The position numbers were made by a program, and so were the translations under genes. Positions 28,471-37,187 of a stretch of DNA of 64,000 bases are shown here, piece by piece. Origin of the DNA: a candidate division WOR-3 bacterium. Lineage in GTDB: Bacteria; Hydrothermota; Tepidihabitantia; Tepidihabitantales; Tepidihabitantaceae. Position 1 is the stretch's first letter; the number at the start of each line of letters is the position of its first letter. Location: positions 445,538-509,537 of the forward strand of contig JBDRTY010000001.1 of NCBI GenBank assembly GCA_039801085.1, in the 5' to 3' direction. The notes beneath the pieces were generated by a model. That model did no database searches, was not told the DNA's origin, and was given only the letters and a program-made list of their open reading frames with translations.

Positions 28471-28591
28471 ATGTGGGATGTTATCAAGCGGTTTAAGTAT
28501 TAAGTATTATAATTTTAATATATTACGGTGTCAAGCAGTTTTGAAGAGGACATTTGCTTGACATCACCTGAACATCCTTTTAGTATTTTGA

Positions 28592-30151
28592 TTGATTATG
28601 TCCCATCTTGATGATGTCCGGAAAGAGTTGCAGCGGCGGAATGAGCAGGCGCTGATGGGAGGAGGCGAGGAGCGGATTAAGAAGCAGCATGAGGAAGGAA
28701 AGCTGACCGCCCGCGAGCGGCTGGAAATTCTGCTCGATGAGGGAAGTTTTATTGAGTTGGATCGGCTCCGGGTGCATGACTGCACCGATTTCGGCATGGA
28801 GAAGAAGAAGTTTTATGGTGATGCGGTGGTAACCGGTTACGGAATGATTAACGGGCGTCCGGTTGCGGTTTTTTCCCAGGATTTTACTGTATTCGGTGGC
28901 ACGCTTTCCAAGGTTTTTGCTGAGAAAATCTGCAAAATAATGGACTTGGCAATGAAGGTCGGAATGCCCGTGATCGGTTTGAATGATTCAGGAGGTGCCC
29001 GGATTCAGGAAGGCGTAGTAAGTCTGGGCGGTTATGCGGATATCTTTCTGCGTAATACGCTGGCTTCAGGGGTGATTCCGCAGATTTCAGCAATTATGGG
29101 ACCGTGTGCTGGCGGTGCGGTGTATTCACCGGCACTGACCGATTTCATTTTCATGACCGAGGGCACAAGTTATATGTTCATCACCGGACCGGAGGTGATT
29201 AAGGCAGTGACGCGCGAGGAGGTGACGAAGGAGAAGCTGGGAGGTGCAGATACTCATAATTCCGTTTCCGGAGTCGCTCATTTCAAGGACATTGACGACA
29301 AAGATCTGCTATTGCGGATCAGGAAGTTTTTGAATTACCTGCCCCAGAACAATCGTGAGAAGCCTCCGCGCCTGCCAGCCCGGGATTTGCCGGACCGGGA
29401 TGTGGAAGGTCTTGAGGAAATTTTGCCCGATGATCCGCGTAAGCCCTATGACATGTTACAGGTGATTCTGCGGGTCGTGGATAACGGGAGTTTCATGGAG
29501 ATTCAGCAGCACTGGGCGAAGAATATCGTAATCGGGTTTGCCCGGATGGATGGCGCGGTAGTGGGTATTGTAGCCAATCAGCCCAAGGTTCTTGCGGGCT
29601 GTCTGGACATCGATGCCTCAGTCAAGGCGGCAAGGTTTGTGCGGTTCTGTGATGCGTTTAATATTCCGATTGTGACTTTCGTTGATGTACCGGGATTTCT
29701 GCCCGGAACTGCTCAGGAGTATGGCGGTATCATCCGGCACGGCGCAAAACTGCTCTACGCCTACTGTGAGGCAACAGTGCCCAAGGTAACTTTGATTACG
29801 CGGAAGGCTTATGGCGGTGCCTATGATGTGATGTCTTCAAAACATATCCGGGGTGATTTCAACTTCGCCTGGCCCACAGCTGAGATTGCGGTAATGGGTT
29901 CAGAAGGTGCGGTGAATATCATCTTTCGAAAGGAGATCAGCGAGTCATCAGATCCCGAGGCAACCAAACGCAAGCTGGTGTCCGAATATGAGAAGAAGTT
30001 CGGCAATCCGTTCAAGGCAGCGGAGCTCGGATATATTGACGAAGTGATTGAATTCCGGGAGACAAGACGTAAGATCATCCAGAGTTTGAAGATCCTTGAA
30101 AACAAGCAGTTGAGTAATCCGTGGAAGAAGCACGGGTGTATTCCGCTGTGA
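28592..30151 (+). CDS. Acyl-CoA carboxylase carboxyltransferase subunit (methylmalonyl-CoA carboxyltransferase / propionyl-CoA carboxylase beta family)
   Basis: 519 aa, N- and C-terminal carboxyltransferase halves ([23 protein letters not shown], ...GIVANQP...). TTGACA-17-TAGTAT promoter upstream. Confidence 0.8.
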   Translation: MIMSHLDDVRKELQRRNEQALMGGGEERIKKQHEEGKLTARERLEILLDEGSFIELDRLRVHDCTDFGMEKKKFYGDAVVTGYGMINGRPVAVFSQDFTVFGGTLSKVFAEKICKIMDLAMKVGMPVIGLNDSGGARIQEGVVSLGGYADIFLRNTLASGVIPQISAIMGPCAGGAVYSPALTDFIFMTEGTSYMFITGPEVIKAVTREEVTKEKLGGADTHNSVSGVAHFKDIDDKDLLLRIRKFLNYLPQNNREKPPRLPARDLPDRDVEGLEEILPDDPRKPYDMLQVILRVVDNGSFMEIQQHWAKNIVIGFARMDGAVVGIVANQPKVLAGCLDIDASVKAARFVRFCDAFNIPIVTFVDVPGFLPGTAQEYGGIIRHGAKLLYAYCEATVPKVTLITRKAYGGAYDVMSSKHIRGDFNFAWPTAEIAVMGSEGAVNIIFRKEISESSDPEATKRKLVSEYEKKFGNPFKAAELGYIDEVIEFRETRRKIIQSLKILENKQLSNPWKKHGCIPL

Positions 30152-31839
30152 TGGCTGAAGTCCCAAACGAAAAGCGTATGAACAATCTTGAGAAGTTAAG
30201 ACAGGAGCTTGAGCGCTGGGAGCAAGAGGTATTAATCCCGGCGCTTAATAAAATACCGGAGCGGAGTAAAGAGTTCAAAACGGTGTCAGGAATCCCAGTC
30301 CAGAGAGTTTACACCCCGCTTGATCGTGAAAAGGAAAATTATCATGAGGAGCAGGGGTTGCCGGGAAGTTTTCCTTTTACCCGCGGGGTCCAGCCGACGA
30401 TGTACCGGTCCCGGTTCTGGACGATGCGTCAGTATGCGGGGTTCGGTTCTGCCCAGGAGACCAATGCCCGCTATCATTATCTGTTGAAGCAGGGACAGAC
30501 GGGGCTATCGGTTGCTTTTGATCTGCCAACTCAGATGGGTTATGACTCAGACAGTCCTTGGGCAAGAGGTGAGGTTGGGAAGGTCGGGGTGGCGATTTCC
30601 ACGCTGGAGGATATGGAGGTGCTGTTTCAGGGGATTCCGCTGGACAAGGTCTCTACCTCAATGACTATTAATGCCACCGCCGCCATTCTGCTGGCGATGT
30701 ACTGCGTGGTGGCGGAGCGGCAGGGGGTTGACTGGTCGAAGCTGCAGGGGACAATCCAGAATGATATTCTCAAGGAGTATGTTGCGCGGGGAACTTACAT
30801 CTTTCCTCCCCGGGAGTCGCTGAGACTGGTGACTGATATCATCGCCTGGTGTGCGGGGGTGGTGCCCAAGTGGAATACGATGAGTATTTCGGGTTATCAT
30901 ATCCGGGAAGCAGGAGCAACCGCAGTGGAGGAACTGGCATTTACACTCGCCAACGGACTGGAGTATGTCAAGTCAGCTCAGGCAAGAGGGCTGGCGGTTG
31001 ACAAGTTTGCACCACGGCTTTCTTTTTTCTTTGCCGCCCATTCCAATATTCTTGAGGAGGTGGCGAAATTCCGGGCAGCCAGACGGCTCTGGGCCCGGTT
31101 GCTGCGTAGACGATTCAATGCGGGAGATGAGGCATGCAAACTCCGGTTTCATACTCAAACCGGCGGTGTAACCCTGACCGCACAGCAGCCGGAGAATAAT
31201 ATCATCCGGGTTGCCTATCAGGCGCTCGCAGCGGTTCTTGGTGGAACTCAGAGTCTGCATACTAACTCGCGGGACGAGGCGCTGTCGCTCCCCACTGAAG
31301 ATTCAGTAACAATTGCTCTGCGAACTCAGCAGATTCTCGCCTACGAAACCGGAGTTGCCGACACGGTCGATCCCCTTGCAGGTTCATATTTTGTTGAAAG
31401 TCTGACCGATGAGATTGAAAGGCGGGCGCAGGAACTGATTGATGAGATTGAACGGCGGGGAGGGGCGGTCAGGGCGATTGAGCAGGGGTTTATTCAGGAA
31501 CGGATTGCCGAGAGTGCCTACCGGTATCAGCAGGAGGTGGAGCGGGGCGAGCGGATTGTAGTGGGGGTGAACCGGTTTCAGGATGCGGTTGAACCCCAAC
31601 TGAAGCTGCTCAAAGTTGACGAAAGATTGGCAGAAAAGCGGCGGGTGCTTTTAGCCGCTTACCGGCAACGCCGGGATAATCGACTGGTTGAGGAACGGTT
31701 AAAGCAGGTGAGGGAGACGGCGCAAAGTGATGCCAATCTGATGCCGGCAATTATTGAGGCGGTGCGTGCTGGCTGCACGCTCGGCGAGATCAGTGATGCC
31801 CTGCGTGCCGTTTTTGGGGAATATGACCGTGTACGATAG
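30151..31839 (+). CDS. Methylmalonyl-CoA mutase, catalytic (large, TIM-barrel) subunit without fused B12-binding domain
   Basis: [55 protein letters not shown] signatures. ATG at 30151 overlaps the upstream TGA (TGATG); the track start at 30121 is an upstream GTG in the same frame. Confidence 0.8.
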   Translation: MAEVPNEKRMNNLEKLRQELERWEQEVLIPALNKIPERSKEFKTVSGIPVQRVYTPLDREKENYHEEQGLPGSFPFTRGVQPTMYRSRFWTMRQYAGFGSAQETNARYHYLLKQGQTGLSVAFDLPTQMGYDSDSPWARGEVGKVGVAISTLEDMEVLFQGIPLDKVSTSMTINATAAILLAMYCVVAERQGVDWSKLQGTIQNDILKEYVARGTYIFPPRESLRLVTDIIAWCAGVVPKWNTMSISGYHIREAGATAVEELAFTLANGLEYVKSAQARGLAVDKFAPRLSFFFAAHSNILEEVAKFRAARRLWARLLRRRFNAGDEACKLRFHTQTGGVTLTAQQPENNIIRVAYQALAAVLGGTQSLHTNSRDEALSLPTEDSVTIALRTQQILAYETGVADTVDPLAGSYFVESLTDEIERRAQELIDEIERRGGAVRAIEQGFIQERIAESAYRYQQEVERGERIVVGVNRFQDAVEPQLKLLKVDERLAEKRRVLLAAYRQRRDNRLVEERLKQVRETAQSDANLMPAIIEAVRAGCTLGEISDALRAVFGEYDRVR

Positions 31840-31884
31840 CAGGACAGCAAATACGAAAGTTTTTAAAAGAGAGGGGAGTATAAC

Positions 31885-32286
31885 ATGATCAAGAAGGTTG
31901 CCCATATTGCAATCGCGGTCCCGAGCGTGGATGAGGCAGCCCGGTTTTACACCGAGCAGCTGGGGCTGAAACTGGAACGAAAGGAAACGGTGCCCAACAG
32001 AAAGGTTACCGTGGGTTTTATTCAGGTCGGCGAGACAAAGGTTGAGCTGGTTCAGCCTGATACACCGGATGCACCTGTTGCCGGTTTCCTTGCGGTTCGA
32101 GGGCCAGGCCTGCATCATATCTGCTTTGAGGTAGATGATGTTGATGCTGAATTTCAGCGATTGAAGGCGGCGGGTGTGCGGATTGTGGATCCGGAACCGC
32201 AGGCAGGGGCTGAAGGCACCCGAGCCTTTTTTGTTCATCCGAAAGCAACGGGTGGCGTACTGATTGAGCTGAGCCAGCGGACTTAA
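31885..32286 (+). CDS. Methylmalonyl-CoA epimerase (VOC/glyoxalase family)
   Basis: 133 aa, HIAIAV...GLHHICFEVDD...FFVHPK pattern of MCE. Confidence 0.75.
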   Translation: MIKKVAHIAIAVPSVDEAARFYTEQLGLKLERKETVPNRKVTVGFIQVGETKVELVQPDTPDAPVAGFLAVRGPGLHHICFEVDDVDAEFQRLKAAGVRIVDPEPQAGAEGTRAFFVHPKATGGVLIELSQRT

Positions 32287-33176
32287 AGTCCGCCGTAGAC
32301 GGTGCGCCGGATGAAGGGTTCGTTATCACGCCAGTTGCGAGCGACCTTGACCCACAGTTCAAGATAAACAGGTCGCCCCAGAAACTGTTCGATAGACTCC
32401 CGGGCAATTTCTCCCACCTTTCTGAGTGCCCTGCCGCCCTCTCCGATGAGGATCGCCTTCTGGGATTCCTTTTCAACATAGATCGTGGCGCGAATATAGT
32501 CCTTTCTTCCCGGTCTTTCTCTGAACTCCTCAATTTCTACTGTAGTTGAGTAGGGAACTTCTGCACCATAGCGGTTAAAAATTGCTTCCCGGATCAGTTC
32601 CGCAACAAAGAAGCGTTCTGACCGTTCAGATATCTGATCTGACGGATAAAAAGGTGGTGCCTCAGGCAGGAGTTGAATCAGTCCCTGTTTTAGGTCTTCA
32701 ATCCCGTCGCCTTTGAGTGCAGAAATCATATAGATACGGTCAAAGCCTTCACGGGCACAGCGTTCTGTAATTGGCAGCAAGTCCAGCCGCGGAATTTGGT
32801 CAATTTTGTTAAGGGCGATGACCGCATTTTTTCCGGCAATGAGGTTCAGATCTTCAAAGACCGGATCGGTCACATCAATCAGTAACAGAATTATATCTGC
32901 ATCGGCGAGCGCGCGTTCGATTTCCTGTTTCATCAATTTCTGAAGAGTGTATTTCGGATCGAGGATTCCGGGGGTATCCAGGAGGAGTGCCTGATAGTCA
33001 GGACCGTTGAGGATGCCGAGAATACGGTGGCGCGTAGTTTGCGGTTTCGGGGTGACGATGGCAAGCCGGTGCCCGAGCAGGGTGTTGAGCAGGGTTGATT
33101 TGCCGGCATTGGGTCTGCCGATCAGGGCGATGTAACCGGAACGGAAGGTTGATTCGTTCCCCGATGGTTGGGTCAT
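32283..33176 (-). CDS. era: GTPase Era
   Basis: GRPNAGKST G1, DTPG, NKID motifs and a C-terminal KH domain. Confidence 0.85.
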   Translation of the reverse strand: MTQPSGNESTFRSGYIALIGRPNAGKSTLLNTLLGHRLAIVTPKPQTTRHRILGILNGPDYQALLLDTPGILDPKYTLQKLMKQEIERALADADIILLLIDVTDPVFEDLNLIAGKNAVIALNKIDQIPRLDLLPITERCAREGFDRIYMISALKGDGIEDLKQGLIQLLPEAPPFYPSDQISERSERFFVAELIREAIFNRYGAEVPYSTTVEIEEFRERPGRKDYIRATIYVEKESQKAILIGEGGRALRKVGEIARESIEQFLGRPVYLELWVKVARNWRDNEPFIRRTVYGGL

Positions 33177-34144
33177 CGTCGGGGGGTATTCTCTGGGGTT
33201 TGAAACACGCCAATAGAGTTGAACCGGGCGATCCGTCGCGCGACAAGTTCAGACCCGGGCAGGGTGTTGAGATAGTAGTAGTTAGCGAGGACCGCCTTTT
33301 TCAGTAGTTTAGCCGCTTCATCCCAATCCTGATGGGCTCCACCCGGTGGTTCGGGTACGATTTCGTCAATCACACCAAGAGTCAGGAGATCCGGAGCGGT
33401 CATTTTCAGAACCGCTGCCGCCTCTTCTGCTTTGGAACCATCCCGCCAGAGGATTGCGGCGCAGCCTTCGGGGGAGATTACAGAATACACCGCATTTTCC
33501 TGCATGAGAATCCGGTCGCCGACCGCAATTGCCAGGGCACCCCCAGAACCGCCTTCCCCGGTCACAATTACTATGATCGGCACTTCCAGGAGCGCCATTT
33601 CTCTGAGATTACGGGCGATCGCTTCTGCCTGACCCCGTTCTTCAGCACCAACACCAGGGTAGGCACCCGGGGTGTCTACCAGACAGAGAATCGGGACTTC
33701 GAAACGGGCCGCGAGGTCCATAATTCGGAGTGCCTTGCGATATCCTTCCGGGTGGGGCATGCCGAAGTTACGGGCGAGCTTTTCCTTTGTATCTCTACCT
33801 TTCTGATGGCCCAAGATGGCAAAGGGAATGGTGTCAATTTTCCCCAAGCCGGCTATGATTGCCGGGTCGTCCCCAAATGCACGGTCGCCGTGCAGTTCGA
33901 CAAAGTCGTTGCAGATTCGTTCGATGTAATCGAGCGTGTAGGGGCGCCGGGGGTGACGCGCCATCTGGACCCGTTGCCAGGGTGTAAGCTGGGAGTAAAG
34001 TTTAAGTTTGAGTTCTTCAATCTGTTTCTGGATGCGTTCAATCTCCTGAGCTGCACCAAGCGCTGTGACCTCTTCAAGGCGGTCAAGGAGTTCTACCAGC
34101 GGCTGTTCAAAATCAAGCCAGCCCTGATTCTGACCGGCAGACAT
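33173..34144 (-). CDS. accA: Acetyl-CoA carboxylase carboxyltransferase alpha subunit
   Basis: LDFEQPLVEL...RP...GRP conserved AccA blocks, 323 aa. Confidence 0.85.
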   Translation of the reverse strand: MSAGQNQGWLDFEQPLVELLDRLEEVTALGAAQEIERIQKQIEELKLKLYSQLTPWQRVQMARHPRRPYTLDYIERICNDFVELHGDRAFGDDPAIIAGLGKIDTIPFAILGHQKGRDTKEKLARNFGMPHPEGYRKALRIMDLAARFEVPILCLVDTPGAYPGVGAEERGQAEAIARNLREMALLEVPIIVIVTGEGGSGGALAIAVGDRILMQENAVYSVISPEGCAAILWRDGSKAEEAAAVLKMTAPDLLTLGVIDEIVPEPPGGAHQDWDEAAKLLKKAVLANYYYLNTLPGSELVARRIARFNSIGVFQTPENTPRR

Positions 34145-34146
34145 AA

Positions 34147-35061
34147 TTAATAACCGAAGCTGAGGCTGAGCCGGTGGGCGGAACCGAGGTTAAAACCGAG
34201 TGGTGACCATGCATAGTCCAGCCGGAACAGCCGGTGTCGGATTCCGGTCCCGAAACTGAATCGATTGCCAGGGTTGAGTGGATCACAACCGGCACGAATA
34301 AATAAGATTTCATTAACCGTCAGTTCAGTGCCGGCACTTGCCCGGAAGTTCCGGTTGTAAAAGAAGTAGTTGGCGTCGCCGGTCAGCGTGAGCCGGGTAG
34401 TACTGATTGGCAGATTCCAGGAGAGGCCGACCCGTGCCCGGGTGGGCAGCCAGAATGGTTCGTAGTAATAATACAGGGTTTTACCAAAGTCAGTTACTGC
34501 CAGACCGACTGTGAGGTTGGGTAAAGGATGAACACGAAAGCCGGCATCCGCCCCCAAGGCTGATGCCTGATTGTTGATAATTTTCGAGTAGAAGTAGCGG
34601 GCACTAAAACCGATTTCAGCGAAATCACCCAAGGTGCGGGCAAAATTGAGGTACCCGGTGAGATCAAGGGGGGAGAAAGTACCGAATGGCTCTTCTGTTG
34701 GTCGTTCTTCCCGGTATTCAATTTTGCCGTAGGCAAATGAGGACAAACCGAGCCCGAGCTGAAAGATGCCGAGGTCACGATTGGCAAAGATTGACTGGTG
34801 ATGGGTGTCGAGAAACCATTTGGTGTAGCTGGCATTGATGGAGAATGGTGCAAGCCGGGCAGTAGCGGCAGGGTTATAGACGAGTGCCTGCGGTCCGAAT
34901 GCAGCAGCAGTGCCTGTGCCAGCCATAGCAGCTTCGCGGGCGCCAACCGGGATTTTGAGCCAGGCACATCCGACCTGGCGTTCTGTCGCCTTAGCGGTCA
35001 CGAAGGCGGTAAATATCAGAACGAAGGTTGTTTTCAGTTTATTCTTCAATGATTTCAACAT
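34147..35061 (-). CDS. Outer-membrane beta-barrel protein, PorV/PorQ-like (T9SS-associated family) candidate
   Basis: Signal peptide MLKSLKNKLKTTFVLIFTAFVTAKA. N-terminal GAREAAMAGTGTAAAFGPQALVYNPAA motif typical of this barrel family. C-terminal aromatic SLSFGY. Start chosen at the internal Met that gives a canonical signal peptide. Confidence 0.4.
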   Translation of the reverse strand: MLKSLKNKLKTTFVLIFTAFVTAKATERQVGCAWLKIPVGAREAAMAGTGTAAAFGPQALVYNPAATARLAPFSINASYTKWFLDTHHQSIFANRDLGIFQLGLGLSSFAYGKIEYREERPTEEPFGTFSPLDLTGYLNFARTLGDFAEIGFSARYFYSKIINNQASALGADAGFRVHPLPNLTVGLAVTDFGKTLYYYYEPFWLPTRARVGLSWNLPISTTRLTLTGDANYFFYNRNFRASAGTELTVNEILFIRAGCDPLNPGNRFSFGTGIRHRLFRLDYAWSPLGFNLGSAHRLSLSFGY

Positions 35062-36163
35062 TGGCGCGCGGCAGAACAATGTGTTCGCCATTTTCCAGTT
35101 CTACTTCCAGTACCCGGACTTTTGCCTCAGTTTCAATTGTCTGGAGTTCCACCGGCAGGGCAATGACCTTGCCGATTTTGCCGAAATGGGGCTGGCGGAT
35201 AATACGGACAAGCATCCCCAGTGCCAGTCCGCCTTCTGCCTGGCTGGGTTTGGCTTCCCCACTGCTGTCCGTGCAGGGTACAATTACTTCGGGTCGGATT
35301 ACTCCCGCACGGATCTGGGTGGCACCGTTAACGGAAGCCATTTTTCCTTCTAACGCCGAAAGGAGTTCAAAGGTGCGTTTTGCCATCCGCATCGTACCGA
35401 AGCCTTCGGTAACGATGATGGTCAATCCCTTTTTTTCTGAGCCGGTGATGGCGACGCCAATGTCATAGCCGAGAAAGCGGCGGAGGGTGGAATCCTCAAT
35501 GCCGCCTCCAACGATCGCTCGGGCACCGAACTGGAGCGCCTTTTCAATTACTTCATAGGTAATGAGCGAGCCGGCAATGAGTATCCGGTTCTGACAGTCG
35601 GGGCCGATTTTTTCCGCAGGGACAATTTCGTCGGGTGCCTCGGCAATGCGTTTGAGAACACCGCGGGTTTCTCCGCCGACACCGAAGATCCCCTGAATCA
35701 GGCTGACATCATTGGCGACAACCACACCTTCGCGGGGGATGATTTCATCAACGATACCATCAATGTAGGCGTCAATCTGTACCGGCTGGGGCGGTTCCCG
35801 CAATATCACCTGCCCGGTCACGGGAGATATGCTTTCGACTGTGCCGTCAACTGGTGATCGGACTTCGCTCTTGAATAAACCGAACAGGCCTTTGGAGCGG
35901 GCGATAACTTCGTCTTTTTTTACCGGGTCCCCGACCTTCTTGATCATCAGATTGGGGACATCTTCCGGCGGTATACCCAGGAGTCCGGCAACATTGACCG
36001 TCTGGACATTACCCGGAACCGCGGTGCGCGCCACGATGTCATCGCCTTTTACCTGTGCGCCCTTTTCCACCAGGGTTTCTCCTGGCAGTGGCAGGCGCCG
36101 GACCTTGCGGATATGGGTCCGGCTGGTGACTTTTAATCCGGGTGTATAAGCATGAGCCATCAT
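35039..36163 (-). CDS. Conserved hypothetical protein with barrel-sandwich-hybrid (lipoyl/biotinyl-like) motifs at both ends
   Basis: 374 aa. Motifs LPGETLVEKGAQVKGDDIVA, EVRSPVDGTVESISPVTGQVI and EHIVLPRANVEIIEE resemble hybrid-barrel folds. No catalytic family recognized. Confidence 0.3.
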   Translation of the reverse strand: MMAHAYTPGLKVTSRTHIRKVRRLPLPGETLVEKGAQVKGDDIVARTAVPGNVQTVNVAGLLGIPPEDVPNLMIKKVGDPVKKDEVIARSKGLFGLFKSEVRSPVDGTVESISPVTGQVILREPPQPVQIDAYIDGIVDEIIPREGVVVANDVSLIQGIFGVGGETRGVLKRIAEAPDEIVPAEKIGPDCQNRILIAGSLITYEVIEKALQFGARAIVGGGIEDSTLRRFLGYDIGVAITGSEKKGLTIIVTEGFGTMRMAKRTFELLSALEGKMASVNGATQIRAGVIRPEVIVPCTDSSGEAKPSQAEGGLALGMLVRIIRQPHFGKIGKVIALPVELQTIETEAKVRVLEVELENGEHIVLPRANVEIIEE

Positions 36164-36561
36164 TATAGCATAAGAATGAAATTTGAGCAGTCAATAATTG
36201 AATTTAATGTTAAATTTCCGGTTGTTGCGGGGTATAATGTTACAGGCGAACGTAGCAGTGGAAGCCCTGCGCCATTTTCTGACGGCTTTCAAGCATAATT
36301 GAATAGCGAGCAGTCAATGAACCCTCTCTGTTTAACTTATTTAATTACAATATCTTAAGAATTTGGGCACTTAATTTACCTGCTCCGGGGGCAGTTCCGG
36401 TGACGGTATCAGACGGGAAGGTTCTGGGGTTTGAGTCAGGAGCGGTTCGCGGGAACTGTGGGCAGGAATTGGTAGGCAAGGGCTGTAAAAATGCCATTGG
36501 AGTTCAGGGGCAGAGTGGTGGCAGTGAAACGCACAATATGTTTTTGGGGTCTAATTTAAGT

Positions 36562-37149
36562 ATGGAAACGGTTGAAAATCGGCAGGTTGGCGGATCAGAG
36601 AAGAAAGGTCCGGTGACCGAGCTGGTGGAGCGGGTTTGTGAGCTGGAGATGATTTCCCGGAAACTGAAAAATGATTATCTGCGGGCGCTGGCCGATTTTG
36701 AGAATTACCGCAGACGGATGGAGCGTGATATTGAGGTGAAAAAAAAGGAAAGTATGGAGAGTCTGATCTGTGAACTTCTTTCCGTTCTGGACAATTTTGA
36801 GCGGGCGCTGAGTGCCGGGGGAAACAATGTGCAGAGTCTCAAGCAGGGGGTGGAGCTGATTTACCGGCAGCTGGTGTCGGTGCTGGAGAATCACGGGCTG
36901 CGGAGTTACAGCTGTGTCGGTGAGAAGTTTGATCCGCGGCGGGCTGAGGCAGTAGGGTTTGTGGAGTGCAAAGCCGCGGAGGATAATAACCGGGTGCTGG
37001 AGGAGGTGGTCCGAGGTTATGAGATTTCGGGCCGGGTTATCCGGCCGGCACGGGTGAAGGTTGGGAAAATGTCCGACTCGAACAGTGAAGTAAAGACAGA
37101 GAAGCCGGATGCTGAAATCAAATCAGGGGGAGCAGAGTCTAATAACTAA
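36562..37149 (+). CDS. grpE: Nucleotide exchange factor GrpE
   Basis: LADFENYRRRMERD...GVELIYRQL...GEKFDPRRAEAV GrpE signatures. The start is uncertain: the track begins at 36400 with an implausible Gly-rich 50-aa extension; Met55 (36562) or Met47 (36538) is more likely. Confidence 0.75.
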   Translation: METVENRQVGGSEKKGPVTELVERVCELEMISRKLKNDYLRALADFENYRRRMERDIEVKKKESMESLICELLSVLDNFERALSAGGNNVQSLKQGVELIYRQLVSVLENHGLRSYSCVGEKFDPRRAEAVGFVECKAAEDNNRVLEEVVRGYEISGRVIRPARVKVGKMSDSNSEVKTEKPDAEIKSGGAESNN

Positions 37150-37187
37150 GGAGTTGATTGTTCTGAGTATGAAGAAAGGAGGCATTA

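Noticed and set aside
33332-34150. 272-aa plus-strand ORF antisense to accA
   Set aside because: Antisense to a clear accA; no features.
34147-35091. Full-length start (MANTLFCRAPM...) for the PorV-like barrel
   Set aside because: The internal Met at about 35061 gives a canonical signal peptide (MLKSLKNKLKTTFVLIFTAFVTAKA) and a smaller overlap with the upstream gene.
36400-36561. Track start for grpE at 36400
   Set aside because: The 50-residue Gly-rich extension looks non-coding. It is more likely leader sequence.
36164-36561. CIRCE/HrcA operator upstream of grpE-dnaK
   Set aside because: Looked for TTAGCACTC-N9-GAGTGCTAA and close variants; none seen.
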